The position numbers were made by a program, and so were the translations under genes. Below are positions 35,040-51,862 of a stretch of DNA of 64,000 nucleotides, piece by piece. Source of the DNA: the human T2T-CHM13v2.0 reference genome, Homo sapiens; NCBI RefSeq assembly GCF_009914755.1, contig NC_060926.1; one strand, 5' to 3'. The notes beneath the pieces are model-generated. The model saw only the letters and a list, made by a program, of their open reading frames with translations, was not told where the DNA came from and did not search any database. Every line of letters begins with the position of its first letter. Within the stretch, counting starts at the first letter, position 1.

Positions 35040-37550
35040 AAGGGAGGATTATGGGAAGGTGGCAGAGTGGGAAGCACCAGGGATGCCTCCTCATCTAGAT
35101 AACAATGGCACTAGCAAAATCTGTCTGATATAATGATTTGGAAAGTCTAGAGTCTGTTGAAGTCTTTCAATGTCCACAGGAAGGATTGGACAGTAAATTA
35201 TAGTTAAGTTGGGTCAATTTCAACTCTTAGTATATCAGCACCTACCTTCAGCCACCCTAGCTCTGTGGCAGGCAGCTGCACACAAATTCCAGGAGTACCT
35301 TGCAGGAGCCTGGGTGGGCAAAAAGCATCCTGTCCTGCAAATATCAGGGATCTGTGCTCTTATCTCTAACTACTGCTTTTTATCATAGAGGTGCAGACAA
35401 AGAGGGTTATAGCAATTGTTGTTTTATCTTACTCCATTATTCACCCTTGTCTCCCTCTCTAGCTGAAGTGATTTCCAGGGACTTAAAGGGCCAAGTCTCC
35501 TTTTCCCACCTTCGTTTTTCTCATTCCCCACTTTGGGGAGCCAAACATTAAAGTCTATGACATTCAGAAGCAACTGCATATATGGGGAAAATTAGAAAGT
35601 GACCACACAAGCCTGGGGATAGGTGGAGGCTCAGAAAAGTCCTGAGAAAACAGTAAGGTTACTGATCCTTGACCAGAGACAGTCCATAACAATAAATTTT
35701 TTTAAAAAATAAATAAACACAAACAATAGTAAAAAACCCAGCAAACCCTGGGGAAGGAGGAGAATCTGATTTCCAGACTCCAAATTACAACACAAAATCA
35801 TTTGTATTTCTATACACTAACAATAAACAATCAGAACAGGAAATTATCAAAGCATTTTTATTTAAAGTAGTGTCAAAAGAATAAAGTACTTAGGAATTTG
35901 TCAAAGAGATGAAAGACTTGTACAATGAAAGCTAAAAAACATTGCTGAGGGAAATTAAAGAAGACATAAATAAATGTAAACATATCCTATGTTCACAATT
36001 TCTATCAAAATCCCAAAGACCTTTTTTTTGCAAAAACATAAAAACCCATCCTAAGTTTCGTATAGTCTCAAGGGACACTGATTAGCCCAAACAATCTTGC
36101 AAAAGAAGAACAAACTTGGAAGACTCATACTTTCTTATTTCTAAACTACTGCAAAGCTACAGTAATCAAAACAGTATGGTACTGGCATAAAGACAGACAT
36201 ATAGACCAATGGAATAGACTAAACAGCCCAGAAATAAACCCTCACATATATGATCAAATGATTTTGACAATAGTACCAAGACCAATCAATGGGGAAAGAC
36301 AGTCTTTTTACCAAATTGTGCTGGGAATACTGGGTATCTACATGCAAAATAATAAAGTTGGACCCTTACTAATACCATATACAAAAATTAACTCAAAATA
36401 ATCAAAGACCTAAATATAAGACACAAAACTATAAAACTCTCAGAAGAAAATATAGGACAAAAGTATCATGGCATTGATTTTAACAATGATTTCTTAGATA
36501 TGACACAAAAGGCACAGGCAACAATAGAAAAACTGGACTTTATAAACATTTTAAAATTTGGGGCATCGAAAGACTGTCATCAGAGTAAAAAGGCAACCAA
36601 TAGAATGGGAGAAAATATCTGTAATCATATATCTGGCAAGGAATTAATATACAGAATATATAGAGAATTCCTAAAACTCAACAACAACAAAAAGTCCAAT
36701 CCAAAAAAGGACTTTAATAACACATTTCTAGATTGAAGATATATAAATGGTAAAGTACATGAAAAGATGCTTAACATCATTAATCATTAAGGAAATACAA
36801 ATCAAAACTGCAGTAGGGTATCACTTCAGACTAATAAGGGTGGTTTCCATTAAAAACAAAAAGAAAGCTGGTGAGGACATAAGTTAATTGGAACCATTGT
36901 TCACTATTGGCAGAATGTAAAGTGGTATAGTCACTATGGGAAAACAGTATGACAGTTCCTCAAAAAATAAAAAATAGAATTACCATATGATCTCACAGTT
37001 TGCACTTCTGCCTATATACACAAAAGAATTGAAAGCAGCATGTTAAAAAGATATTTTACACCCATGTTCATAGCAGTGTTACTCACAGTAGCTGAAACAT
37101 GGAGACAATTCAGTGTTCATTGGCAGCTGAAGGAATAAGCAAAATGTGGTATATACATACAATGGAATATTATTCAGCCTTAAAAAGGAAGGAATTTCTA
37201 GCAAATTCCACAACATGGATGAAGCTTGAGGACATTATGCTAAGTGAAATAAACCAATAACAGAAAGACAAATACTATATGATTCCGTGTATATGAGGTA
37301 CTTTGAGTGGTGAAAATTATAAATACAGAAGTAGAATGATGTTTGTTAGGGCTGGGGGAGAGGGAATGAGGAGTTACTGTTTAATGAGTATAGAGTTTCA
37401 GTTTTACAATGAAAAGAATTCTAGGAGATGGGTGAGGATAATTGTTGCAGAAAGTTATATAAATGCATTTAAGACCATTGAACTGTATCCTAAAATTGGT
37501 TTTATGTTATGCCATTAATAACTTATGATGCATTTTTATTACAATAAAAA
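35040..37550 (+). mobile_element. Old L1: L1M-type 5'UTR (~35040-35778) joined to L1MB2/3-like ORF2 3' half and 3'UTR
   Basis: Starts ggaaggtggcagagtgggaagcacc. ORF2 motifs include aaagctacagtaatcaaaacagtatggtactggcat. L1MB 3'UTR gaggacattatgctaagtgaaataa...tttatgttat...acaataaaaa. Confidence 0.78.
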
Positions 37551-38116
37551 CATTATTAAAGAAAGATCATTTCCATATGGCTAGGAACAGAAGGCATGTT
37601 AGGAAGGATACATAAACATTGCAGTATGTACAACAAATATGTTAAAACATTTTATATCTTAATTCAAATGTCAAAGGTTAAAAGAAAAAATAACTTATGT
37701 TTTGGGAAATATTCACATCAACTTCATATTTAAAGAAGATTTTAAAAACGTTTAAAGCAGCAATTTAAAAGCCTACAGTAAAATTATTAGATTATTTGCT
37801 CAGGCAGCAGCTGGTTTAGCAACATTTATTCAGAGCTTATTATAAGAAAAATATCTTTTGCTGAAGTTTTTAAAAAATAGCTTCTAATTGCCATTAATAA
37901 CTTATGATGCATTATTTTTTAATCATTTAATTTTATGTTTATTAATCAATAATACATGTTATATACAAATGGCTTTTCAAAGCTTGGTTTATACTACCAA
38001 TATAGCTATTAAAATAACAGCTTTCTCATAAGGTATGAATGAGTTTTCAAAAGCTATAGCTGAGTTTTCATTTTTGCCCATTTATTTTAATTCCTTTTGA
38101 TCTTTAGAAATTATAT

Positions 38117-38455
<339 letters not shown>

Positions 38456-38564
38456 TTATAACTTATCCTTGTGTAAATTAACTATCATAATCAATTTTTT
38501 GTTTACCTTAGCATCTGTTAGCAAATTGTATTATGTACTTTGGCAAATATTCTTTTAGAGTATG

Positions 38565-38780
38565 AATTAGTTTGAAGCCTAATATGTATTTTAGATCCAG
38601 GTCTACCACTTATTACCTGTACAAACATGGGCACATTACCTAATTTCTATGTTTCCATCTCTATAAACTGGGAAGAATACCATGTTTATCAAAGGGTTTT
38701 TTGTTAGTATTCAATGAAATAATATATGTAAGATATCTAACACTGTGCTTATAACAGGATTTAGACTCAAGTAATTTTGT
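38565..38780 (+). mobile_element. MIR
   Basis: gatccaggtctaccacttattacctgt..gggcacattacctaatttct..tttccatctctataaactggga..aatgaaataatatatgtaag is the MIR core. Confidence 0.7.
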
Positions 38781-39693
38781 TTCGATAGAAAAGGTTATTT
38801 ACTAAGGGAAGATAAAAGATCTCTAATTTTTAATACTATTTTTCTCTTTTAAGTGTGACATAAGTTACACTGAATATGTCTGCTAAAGACTTCCAGATTC
38901 ATTACTTTTTAACTACTTTAGCCATTTTATTATGCAATGGCATGAACAATTTACCAGTAGTTTTCCCTGATTGTGAGTATAGTTTCCCTGTTTCAGATTA
39001 TATACAAATAGAAACATGGAGATTAGAGAATTACGGTGGCTAATTCTGATGTTCCAATGTTTGCATGTCCCCTGTTACATATTTAAAAGTGCTTCTGTGC
39101 TCATAAAACCTGTACACAACTCTCAGTTTCTTTAGGGCTATTCTATATTTTGATTTCTTTAATGAAAAAATGGAATGTTATTTAATATCTTTATCATAAC
39201 ACCTGCCAGTTATTATATAAAATAGGTGGTAATTTAAACGTAACCATATGCAAATGTGAAAAGGAGAGAAAGGTTTCCTCTACTCTGATACAATGGTATA
39301 TGCCATTGTGTTGTGTTATGTCACCCTGGCATGATAATGGCACACTTCAACTAATCCACTTAAGTGCTGATACTTTGCATTTATTGTAGAGTTTAGTTGC
39401 ATTTAGTACAGTATTCTTGAATGTTTCTTTGCAGCTATTATTATTACTTTTTGCCTAAAGTGTCATTGCATAATGCAGAGTGACTCTGGCATCAACCAAG
39501 GATCTGGGTGCTATTTTGCAGGATTTGTAAATATTACACCAAAATGTTAAATAATTTTATTTATCACACATGGAGTTTCTAAAAAAGAATTTAGTTTTAC
39601 ATTTTTTCAGTTTGAAAATATGGAAGTTGGTAAGAAATCTATAACCATATGCAAATGGGAATTTTAATACTAATAATATGAAAATAGTGTTGA

Positions 39694-39985
39694 GGCTGGG
39701 CACGGTGGCTCACACCTGTAATCCCAGCACTTTGGGAGGCCGAGGTGGGTGGATCACAAGGTCAGGAGTTCAAGAATAGCCTGGCCAACATGATGAAACC
39801 CTGTCTCTACTAAAAATACAAAAACATTAGCCAGGCGTGGTGGCGGGTGCCTGTAATCTCAGCTACTCGGGAGGCTGAAGCAGAGAATTGCTTGAACCCG
39901 GGAGGCAGAGGCTGCAGTGAGCCGAGATTGCACTACTGCACTCCATCCTGGGTGATGGAGCGAGACTCTGTCTCTTAAAAAAAAA
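39694..39985 (+). mobile_element. AluSg-like
   Basis: Full dimer. TSD aaaatagtgttga 39681-39693 / aaaacagtgttga 39986-39998. Confidence 0.92.
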
Positions 39986-40539
39986 AAAACAGTGTTGAAT
40001 ATCTTCAGCAGTTGAAATAATTCATTTAAACATCTCTGAGGAAATATATTTACCAAAATATTTATTTATAATATCATGCCATGTTAAATAGATAAGAATT
40101 AAGCCAACATATTTATAATTCTGTGCTAAGTAGAAAATCAAATAAACAGAAATACTTACATTATTACACTAAATATATTCTGCTTACATAAAGAGAAGCA
40201 AATGTGAATCAGAATAAAAGTAATTAAGAGATACTAATTATTCTTAGGTTTTAAACTCTGCTCCCTATTTTTGGATTATGCATGTATAGCCCTGGATCAT
40301 TTGAAAATGCATAACTGAGACTGCAGTAAAAAAAAAATGCTGAGGATTTACAACATTTTGAAAACTTTGGTCATTATAAATACTTACATTAGCTATATTT
40401 CAACTGTTGATTTATGAAAAATAAGAATTTGTAGATTAAATATAGCATAATGAAAAAATAATATTCAATTAATGTTTTAGTTAAAATATATCACATATAT
40501 TTGAATATAATATATAAATTAAAATATATTTTTAAAATG

Positions 40540-43500
40540 AAAATTACAAAATACATATGTAGTCTTCAACTTGCTTTTTTGATTCGATTTTTGTTTCTAA
40601 GAGTCTTTAGTGTTGCTGTAGGTGGCTCTAGGTCATTTCACAATATTTACTTTTTTGTATTATTGTTACAATGTTCAGTTGGTTTCCAATGTCTTGGAAA
40701 TAAACAGTGCTGCCAAGAATATTCTTGTATGTCTCCAAGTGCATTAGTGGAAGATTTTCTGTAGGACACAAACCTAGGGGTGGAATTGGGGATGAGGGTT
40801 TTATGAAATAGTGTCATTTTTTTTTCAAACCAGTTGAATATATTTATAAACCCACACAGAGAGCTCCTACTACTCTATATCTTTCTCTGTATTCATTATT
40901 GCCAGGGTTTTTTATTTTTCCCAAGCAAATGAAATATGTCGCCTCACTAGGTCTTAATTTCTATTTTTCTGATTACTAATTAAATTGAACGTGTTCTTTT
41001 TCATATGTTAGCTTCTGTGAAATAACAGTTCATATCTTTTGCAATTTTTTTCCATTAGATTGTTGGCCCTTGAAGTATACTTGAAATGTATAATTGACAT
41101 TAATTTTGTGATCAATTCTATTAATGCGGATATCTTGCTCCACATGGTGACTTATATTTTCTGTTTCTTTATTATTTTTTCAGTGAATATAAGTTCTTCA
41201 TTATAATGTAGTAAAACTAATCAGTACTTTCTTTTATGATAGCACTTACTGTCATTTGATTAAGAAACCCTTTCTTATCTCAAGATCAGAGTACTATGTT
41301 CATATCTTTTTTAGCATTTTTCTTGTTTATTTTTTCCTTTACCAACCAATTCAGACATAAAAACAGATATTATCTTTCATAAACCCAATATAATTATCTA
41401 AATCAAGAAATTAACATTGATAAAATACTTTTATTTTAATCTATAGAAATTATTTAAATTTTACTGTGTTGTACTGTCTCTGTAATTTCTTAAAACTAAT
41501 ATTTTTACTTTGAGATAGCTTTAGATTCACATACATATGTAAGATATAAATCAGAGAGATCCCATACAGTCTTTACCCAGTTTCCCCTAACGGTTACATC
41601 TTGGAAAACTATAATATAGTATCAAGATTAGGATGTTGACATTGATATAATCAAGGTATGGAATAGTTCTGCCTGCCAGAGGATCCCTGGTGTTGCCCTT
41701 TTATAGCCACACTGATTTCCCTTTAGCTCTGTCCATGCCTAACCCCAGGAAACCACTAATCTTTTCTTCATTTCTGTAATTTTTTTAATTTTAAGATTGT
41801 TATTTAAATGGAATTATATAATATTTAACTTTTGGGGGTTGACTGTTACACTTGGCATAATTCCACTGAGTCATCCAAGATGTTGTGTGGATCAGTAGCT
41901 GATCATGTTATTAAATTGCTGAGTAGTTGTTGATTCTCTTTAAAATATTTGGGAGAATTCACCAGTGAAACCATATGGACTTGGGATTTTTTGGATGGGA
42001 GCTTTTTAATTATTAATACAAATTTAATTTCTTTAATGCCTATATGACTATTCAGATTATCTCACTTTACTTGAGTTTTGGTAGTCTGTGGTTTTTTAGG
42101 AATTGTTCCATTTCATCCAAGTTGTTAAATTTATGGGCATAAAGTTGTTTATAGTGTTCTCTTATTATTCTTTTAATAACTGCAAGATCTATAGTGATAC
42201 CACTGTTTTATTCTTGATATTTGTGATTTGTTTCTTCTCCCATTTATTTTTGTCAGTCTTGCTATATAGCAATTTATCAGTTTTATGGACTTTTTTTCAA
42301 ACAACCAGCTTTTTTGTAAACTTTTGTATTAATTTCCTATTTTCAATTTCATTGATTTTTGCTTTTATCTTTATTTCCTGTCTTCTTCTAGCTTTGGGTT
42401 TATTATGTTCTTCCTTTTAGACTTTTTTGAGGTAACAACTTAAATTATTGATTTGACTTTTTAATCTTGTAATGTAAGAATATAGTGCTATAAATTTTCC
42501 TCTCAGCATTGTTTTTGCTGAATCCCACATATTTTGTTATATTGTATTTTTGTTTTTATTCAGTTTTGAATATACTTTACTTCCATCAAGTCTTCCTCTT
42601 TGACGTATAGATTATTTAGAAGTGTGCTGTTTAATTTCCAGGTGTTTAGAGATTTTCCGGTTTGATTTCTAGTTTGATTCCATTATGGTTAGAGATCACA
42701 TTGCCTTTTGTTGCTAGATTGGGAGTCAGGGCTGGCTCACCTTCTTCTGTTGGGTGGTGAATGATAAAATGCCCTATCATTATGCTCTTCCTCCAGTCCT
42801 GGAATCTCTGATCATTTTACCTCCCTGTTTCCACCTTTCAGAGTTCCCCTTAGATTGTCTCTTGCATCATTTCCAGGGTTTATAGTTTAGTTACCAGGGA
42901 AGAATGGGGGACAGTTGAGTCTACACCACTTTGGCTGGATAGAACATCACTTCAATTTTGCTTTACAATTTTAAATATTTAATTTCCTTGAAATTGATTT
43001 TTCATGTAGAGTATAGTAGGAATCCAGTTTCACTTTGTTTTATTCAGATAATTGCTGTTTCAACACAATTATATGGTTCTTCAGTGGTCTGAAGTATCAG
43101 CTCTAACTGTTATTTAACTAGTTTCCATGCATACATGAGTTTGCTTCTGGACTTTCTTTTATGTTTCACTGGTGAGTTTGTTTATTCCTGTGGCAGTAGC
43201 ATACCTCTAGATTATTTTAGTTTTTAACATATTTGGATATATCCTAAGGTAATTATCTTCACCTTACTATTATTCTTCTTCAGAAGTGTTTTAGCTAGTC
43301 TTATACCTTTATTTATCCCTATAAATTTAATAGTAGGCTTGCTAAATTCCTAAAAAAATTCTCATAACATTTATTGAAATATTTTATATTTTTATACATT
43401 AATATGGAGATTCTAGCATCTTTTCGATATTGAATCTTTCAATGCGTGAATGAACATAGTTTATCTCCCCACATATTTGGACATTCTTTAACATCTTTCA

Positions 43501-43610
43501 ATAACAATTTTATAATTTTCCCCATGCAGATCTTGTACATGTTTTTGTTAAATATAATTCTAAGTACCTTATAGTTTTGCTCTTGTATATGATATCTTTT
43601 TAAATAAATA
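40540..43610 (-). mobile_element. Mosaic of ancient antisense L1M/L1ME fragments
   Basis: T-rich antisense L1 ORF2 and 3'UTR motifs, e.g. aattcaccagtgaaaccatatggac, gtgctataaattttcctctcagcatt, cccagtttcccctaacggttacatcttg. Several pieces; boundaries unresolved. Confidence 0.6.
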
Positions 43611-43999
43611 AGCTTGTTCCTTTGTTGGCTTTGAGGCCTCCTTCAACAGAAATCAAGAGAAAGCTTATGAGCTCAGTGCGAGAACAGCCCTCTGTCTAAC
43701 TCCATGCCTCCATCAGCAGCAGTGGACAGGGAACTCTCAAACTTGGAATAAGACCGTACCTCTGCAGGACACTATTGGCAGGAGACAAGAGAACAACAGT
43801 GCACACCAGCACATCGACTAAGACTGCCCATCTTCAGGACATTTGTCAGCAGGAGCCAAATGGGAAATTCTGAGCAACAGGTGTTCCTGGCTTGTTCTCC
43901 TCCAATCCTCCCTTTCGTCAACACCCATACCCTTTATCCGTGTTCTTTACAGTCTTCATAAAAGGAGTCCAGGACTTCCAGTTAATCATTTATCCCAGA

Positions 44000-46040
44000 A
44001 CTCTAATCCTCCGTAAGGATCCTTTTTTTTTGACCCAATATTTCCCTCTTCTGACTCCCCAGACCCTTTCTTTGTACTCTATTGAATTCAAGGTCAGTCA
44101 ACAAAAAAGTCCTTTATATTTTAATATTTTACTATGAGTGTTCCCTTCACCTTCTGTGCTAATGAAAATCTAGATTTTCCTTCATGATAGTTTCCCCTGC
44201 ATCCATTGAGGTTCTGGTAAATGTTTTAACAATCAACTCTTTGGAAGAAGAAAACAAAAGCCTTGATTTGTATAGTGTTTTCCAGTTTCTGTGCTGTTAA
44301 ACACTCACACCATAGCCATTTAAGCTATCTTCTCACTTCACTGAATAAGGAGCCTGGGACTTGATGTCCACACTCAGCTCTCCTAAGCCAGTATGAGAGA
44401 GCAACAACACATCACATCTTACAGTACCTTTAAGGGTAACTGTTCTCTCTACTCCACTCAAATGTAGCATAGGTCCTGAAAGTCAGATAAGTGTCCCCTT
44501 TGCTTCTCATTGCTGCTTTCAGTTTGTTCTCCCTCCTTCATGAACATACCCTTCCGTGAATCTCATGTCATCAGATTTGCCCACTCATTGTACCTTTTTG
44601 TTATGGGCACCTCTTCTCACCTCATCTTTTTGTCAATTAAAAAAATTAATCCCCGTGATATTGTCACTTTCTTAAAAGTGATTCCTCCATAATGCTTCAT
44701 GATTGAAATGTTGATATGGATGATCCTTCTAACTCTCTGAAGTTTCAGTTCCTTGACAGCCTCTCCTCCAGTGATCCACTTAACTCACTTTCATAGTCAT
44801 TTCCTAGGCCTTGTTATTGCAAGTAACTGCTATAATTTTTCATTGCCTCTATTGTTTGCTCCCTACCCCCCGAATCTCTGCATACTGAGGTGTTTCAAGG
44901 CTCAGTTCTTGACCCTCTGTTGGTTGTCTTCACTCCCTAGGTGATCTCATCCAGTCTTATGGCTTTAAATTCTGCCTATATATTAATTATCCCTTAATTT
45001 ACATCTTCAACTGAGATCTCTTCTCTGAACTCTAGTTTCATATATCCAACTGCTTACTGAACACCTCCAGTTAAATGTCATTTCTTCATTTCAATTATCT
45101 CCCCTTCCATGTTCTCCTTCTTAATTAATGGAAACTCCACACTTTAGTTACTTAGCCAAAAAACTCTAGAGTCATCCCTGAGACGTCTCTCTCTCTCACA
45201 TCTCACATCTGATAAGAAAAAGAAATTATTTTGGCTCTATCTTTGAAAAAATATCTACATTTTCATTTTTTCTTACCACTAGCACTTTTGCTCTCTGTTT
45301 TTTTTTTTTTGCCACCGTCTGTAGTTTGTATTATTGCAAAAGCCTCCTAACTGATCTCTGCTTTTGTCTTTACTTTTCTTCAGTCTCTTTTGAACACAGC
45401 AGCCACAGTCATCTTCTTAAAACATAAGTCTGTCCATGACATTTCTCTGCTGAAAATTTTCCAGTAACCTCCCATCTTACTGAGTTACAGGTAAGGTCAT
45501 TATAACCTCTGAGGCCCTACATTACCTAGATCCCTTTTACCTCTCTGACATTATCTCCTGCTACCCTCCCATCTTTTGCTCAATTGCAGGCACACTAGCC
45601 TCCTACAAATTCTACTTATTTATAGAACACTGTAGGTATGCCCCACCTTGAGGCTCTTGCACTTGAGTTTTTATCTTCTGTCTGTGTTATTTTCCTTCAG
45701 ATAATTCAGATGGCTCATCTCTCACTTTATTTAAAGCTTTACTCAAATGTTCCCTTTTCAGAGAGACTTTTCATAGCCATCCAATCTAAATTTTAATGCT
45801 GCCTCTAATTCACTGGCACTTCTTTGGCCTCTATCCTACTTTAATTTTTCTTTTTGCCTATCTTACATATCTCTCATATGCTATGTTGTACTTATTAACT
45901 CATTGTATCACTTCCCACTAGAATGTAAGTCCCATGAAAGCAGGAATATTTATTAATTGTATTCACTGCTATATTCTCAGTGCCAGAAAAATGCCTGGCA
46001 AATAGTAATTATCCCATAAATATGTAAATTTGAAGGAATG
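44000..46040 (+). mobile_element. L2 (L2a-like) 3' portion
   Basis: ctcatccagtcttatggctttaaat, atatccaactgcttactga, gcctcctaactgatctctg, and the 3' end gaatgtaagtcccatgaaagcagg...tgcctggcaaatagtaa..gaatg. The 5' boundary is uncertain. Confidence 0.78.
44204..44416 (-). mobile_element. MER63A-like hAT DNA transposon fossil
   Basis: ctggtaaatgttttaacaatcaactct...gccttgatttgta...cactcacaccatagccattt-aagcta...aagccagtatgag resembles the reverse complement of the recalled MER63A consensus. Confidence 0.6.
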
Positions 46041-47690
46041 CATAAATTAAAAAATGTGTTTTGTTAGTTGCTATTGTATAGATATGCATTGATTACTACA
46101 AGTTGATCAGAAATAGAGTGTTTCTGCTAAACCCCCTGTTTCTATAATTTGTCTATAGGCTTTTTGGGAATTTTCTTTGTAAGTAGTATCATCTGTGAAA
46201 AATAATAGTTGTGACTTTCATTTTTCAATTCTAAAAATTGTTATTTGTATTTCTTATATTTGTGCTTTGTCTAGGTCCTCCAGAAAGTTAAATAGAAGTG
46301 GTTAAATAGTGGTGGTTATACTATTTGTGATTTTAAAGGTGATGCATCTGATGTTTCAACACAAGGAATGATATTTATTGTCTTTGGTGGTTATTCTTTA
46401 TCAAGTTGAAAAAATTTGTTTTCCTTTGATATTTAAAGTTTGTGTTTTACCATGAGTATATTAATTTTTTTGACCATAAGTGATTGGTAATTTTATCATG
46501 TTTAAGTTTTAAGATTTTATTTTATCATGAATAAGTATTGTATTTTCTGCTTCTGAGACTGTTTTCTCCATTAATATTTTAATGTGGTAAATGTTGCCAT
46601 GGATTTTAAAATGTAAACATTCTCTTTCATTCCTGGAATAAAACTAATGTATTCATCATGTGTTATTTGAGTTACATAACACTGGACCTAGTTAATCATT
46701 TTTTCATAGGATGCTTACTTCTAGTTTATGAATAAAATTGATCTTTAATTTTCCTGTTCAGTCACTGTCTTTTTATAATTTTAGTATCATTGAATAAGTT
46801 GTGGAATAGTTCCTTTCTTCTATTCTTTGAAAGATTTTTATACCCTGGAAGACCTATTCCTTAAATGTATGGTAGAAGTCTTCTGTAAAACTAATTGGAA
46901 CTGTTATATATTTATAGGAAGATTTTATACTGTGGATTCAGATTTCTTTGTAATGTAATAGAAGTTATTTCTTCCTTAATCAATTTTTATAAATTCTGAA
47001 GTAATATGCTTACATGAATATGACCATTTCATCTGAGTTTTAAATTTACTGGCTTAAAATATTTATCATATTTTTTATTATCTTTTAAATCTCAAATGGA
47101 TCCATAATTATATTCTCTTTAATTTGTGAATTCTATTTCTTGCCCTCCCTTCCAACAGTTTTCCCCTCCCTTCCCATCTCACATCATTCTTCCTGTAAAT
47201 ATATAAATTTTGTTGGTACTTTTAAAGATCCAAGCTTTGGATTTTATAATCATTATGTTTAGCTTTTTTCTTGTATAACTTTGTAGTTTCATTGTTATGA
47301 TCTTCTTCTGCCTATAGTCTTTGAGTTTATGCTTTGTTTCTTTTTCCAGCTTCTTAAGTTGATACATAACTCATTAATGGTTGGCTTTTCTACTATTTTA
47401 AGTACTTAATACTATTAATTTTCCCCAAATACTGTTTCAACTGCATCCCACAGATGTTTATATGTAGCATTTTAATTTTTGTTTAGTTTTAAGTATTTTA
47501 AGGTTTCCATTATGGTTTGTTCTTTGTCCTGTGGCTTATGTAGAGGACATTTTCAAATTTACATATGCATGGGTTTTGGGTTATTTTTTTATTTGGGTTA
47601 TTATGTATTTGTAGTTGAAATAAATCATGGTCAGAATGCATGGTTTGTATGAAACCAATTCTTGAAATTTCTTGGGAGTTGCTATGGCAG
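46040..47690 (-). mobile_element. Ancient antisense L1ME ORF2 fragment (likely continuing the element split by L2)
   Basis: Degenerate antisense ORF2; the minus-strand ORF MYQLKKLEKETKHKLKD...KSKAWIF resembles the L1 ORF2 region after EN. Confidence 0.55.
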
Positions 47691-47932
47691 AGATTTCTAG
47701 TTTTCTACCAAAAAATGTTTTCTTTATTCCTGTAGTTTTCATGATATAGCTGGGCATATAGTTAGGTACCTGTATTTTTCAGTATCCTGTACACCTAGAT
47801 GTTACCATGAAACTAAATGTTGCCAGTGGAATTTGCACTTAATAGTTGTGTGTTTGTGGAATTACCTTTCAGAAATATTTACTCCCTCCCATCATTTTAA
47901 AGAAAGGATTCTACTTCCCTGATTTTTTTAGT

Positions 47933-48237
47933 CTTTGTTTTTTTCTTTTTTTTGAGACAGGGTGTCACTCTGTCACCCAGGCTAGAGCTCAGTGGCATGA
48001 TCGCGGCTCACAGTAGCCTCGACCTCCCAGGGCTCAGCTGATCCTCCCACCTCAGCCTTCCAAGTAGCTGGGACTACAGGCCTGCACCACCACACCTGGC
48101 TAATTTTTATATTTTTTTGTCAAGATAGAGTTTTGTCATGTTGCTCAGGCTGGTCACAAACTCCTGGACTCAAGAGATCTGTCTGTCTTGGCCTCCCAAA
48201 GTGCTGAGATTACAGGTGTGAGCCACTGCACCCAGCT
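47933..48237 (-). mobile_element. AluJ
   Basis: gagacagggtgtcactctgtcacccaggctag..gcctcgacctccc-gggctcagctgatcctcccacctcagcc..aactcctggactcaag show J-type features. Confidence 0.9.
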
Positions 48238-49544
48238 GTTTCCTGATTATTGATGTAGAGCTTGGCCTTGGCCATGTAACTTATTTTGGTCAATGATAAT
48301 TTGAGAAACCTGACTCTACAGAAGCTTGATATATGCTTGCACATTTAGGTTTGCTCTGTCTGCCATGGGCATGAAAAGAATGCGGCCATTTCCCTTGATA
48401 ATATATGTTCTTCAGAAACATTAGATAATGTCATAATGCATTATTACTTGGATATTTCACAATGTATTTTATGTTCCCATGTCTACTCATTTTGTTTATT
48501 TCCGTTGTTTTGCTGTTTCAAATAATTCTATGAGGCAATTCTTATACATTAAATTCTGTTCATATCTTATTGTTTCTTTGGTATAAAACTCAAGAACTGG
48601 TGATCTTGGATTAAAGGATATAAACAAGTGTTTGTTCTATTCTTCATTTTTACAGTGAAATACAAAAAATCTCCTTTAAAAAGCTACTCCTTGCATTTCA
48701 TGTTAGTATTTGCCTGGTACATCTTTTTTCATCCCTTTATTTTCAACATTTCTGTAATATGTTTAGTTGATGTTTCTAGGAATTAGTATATAGTGGGCAG
48801 TCTCTTTCATTTATCTGGTGATTTTGTCCACTTATATTTATTTAAGTGTTTTCCACTTATTTTGATTATTCATGTTTTTGGACGTGTTTCTACCATCTTA
48901 TTTTTTGCTTTATGTTAATTTATCTTTTTATGCTTGCATTTATCTTTCCTTGCTTTATAATACATTGATTTGTTTTCACTATGTATTTTTCTCTTTCAGT
49001 GTTTGCTCTGAAAAAATTTAGCATGCACATGTAATACAATCTAAAATTAATTACTTGGATAATAGAAAAACTTCAAACGTTTTAAATAAGATCAAAACAC
49101 TTCCTATTTACATATATTTTTGTCTGGTCATATATTTTTTAATATAATGAAACATTATTATTTAAGAAAGGTAATTTATAAAGACAATGCTTATTTCAAT
49201 TTATCTACAAATTTACTAATTTTATTTTTCTAACTGGTTTTAGGATCTCATATTATCTTTTTTTGCCCAAGTTTCGTCATAATAGGTATAATTTTTTAAA
49301 AATTTATTTCATGGACTGTATTATGTTTCCTGTATTTAGGTGGCATGTCTTTTATCATTTCTCAGAATTCACACTCATGATTGCAGTAAATATTTCCTTT
49401 CCTCCATTAATAAAAATTCATTCCTTTCAGAGATGCAATTAGATATGTTATACTATCTAATTCTATCTGCCATATTATTTAAACTCTCTTTTACATTGTT
49501 TATATTCTTATCTCCTTATGCTCAATTCCCAAAAATTTATTTAT

Positions 49545-51862
<2,318 letters not shown>

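Noticed and set aside
43620-43890. GC-richer island with a possible acceptor (ccttcaacag| at 43649) as an alternative SPAG16 exon
   Set aside because: In phase 0 it stops after six codons (KSRESL*), the downstream donor (cag|gtgttc) is weak, and the region may be L2-derived. It cannot be supported without transcript data.
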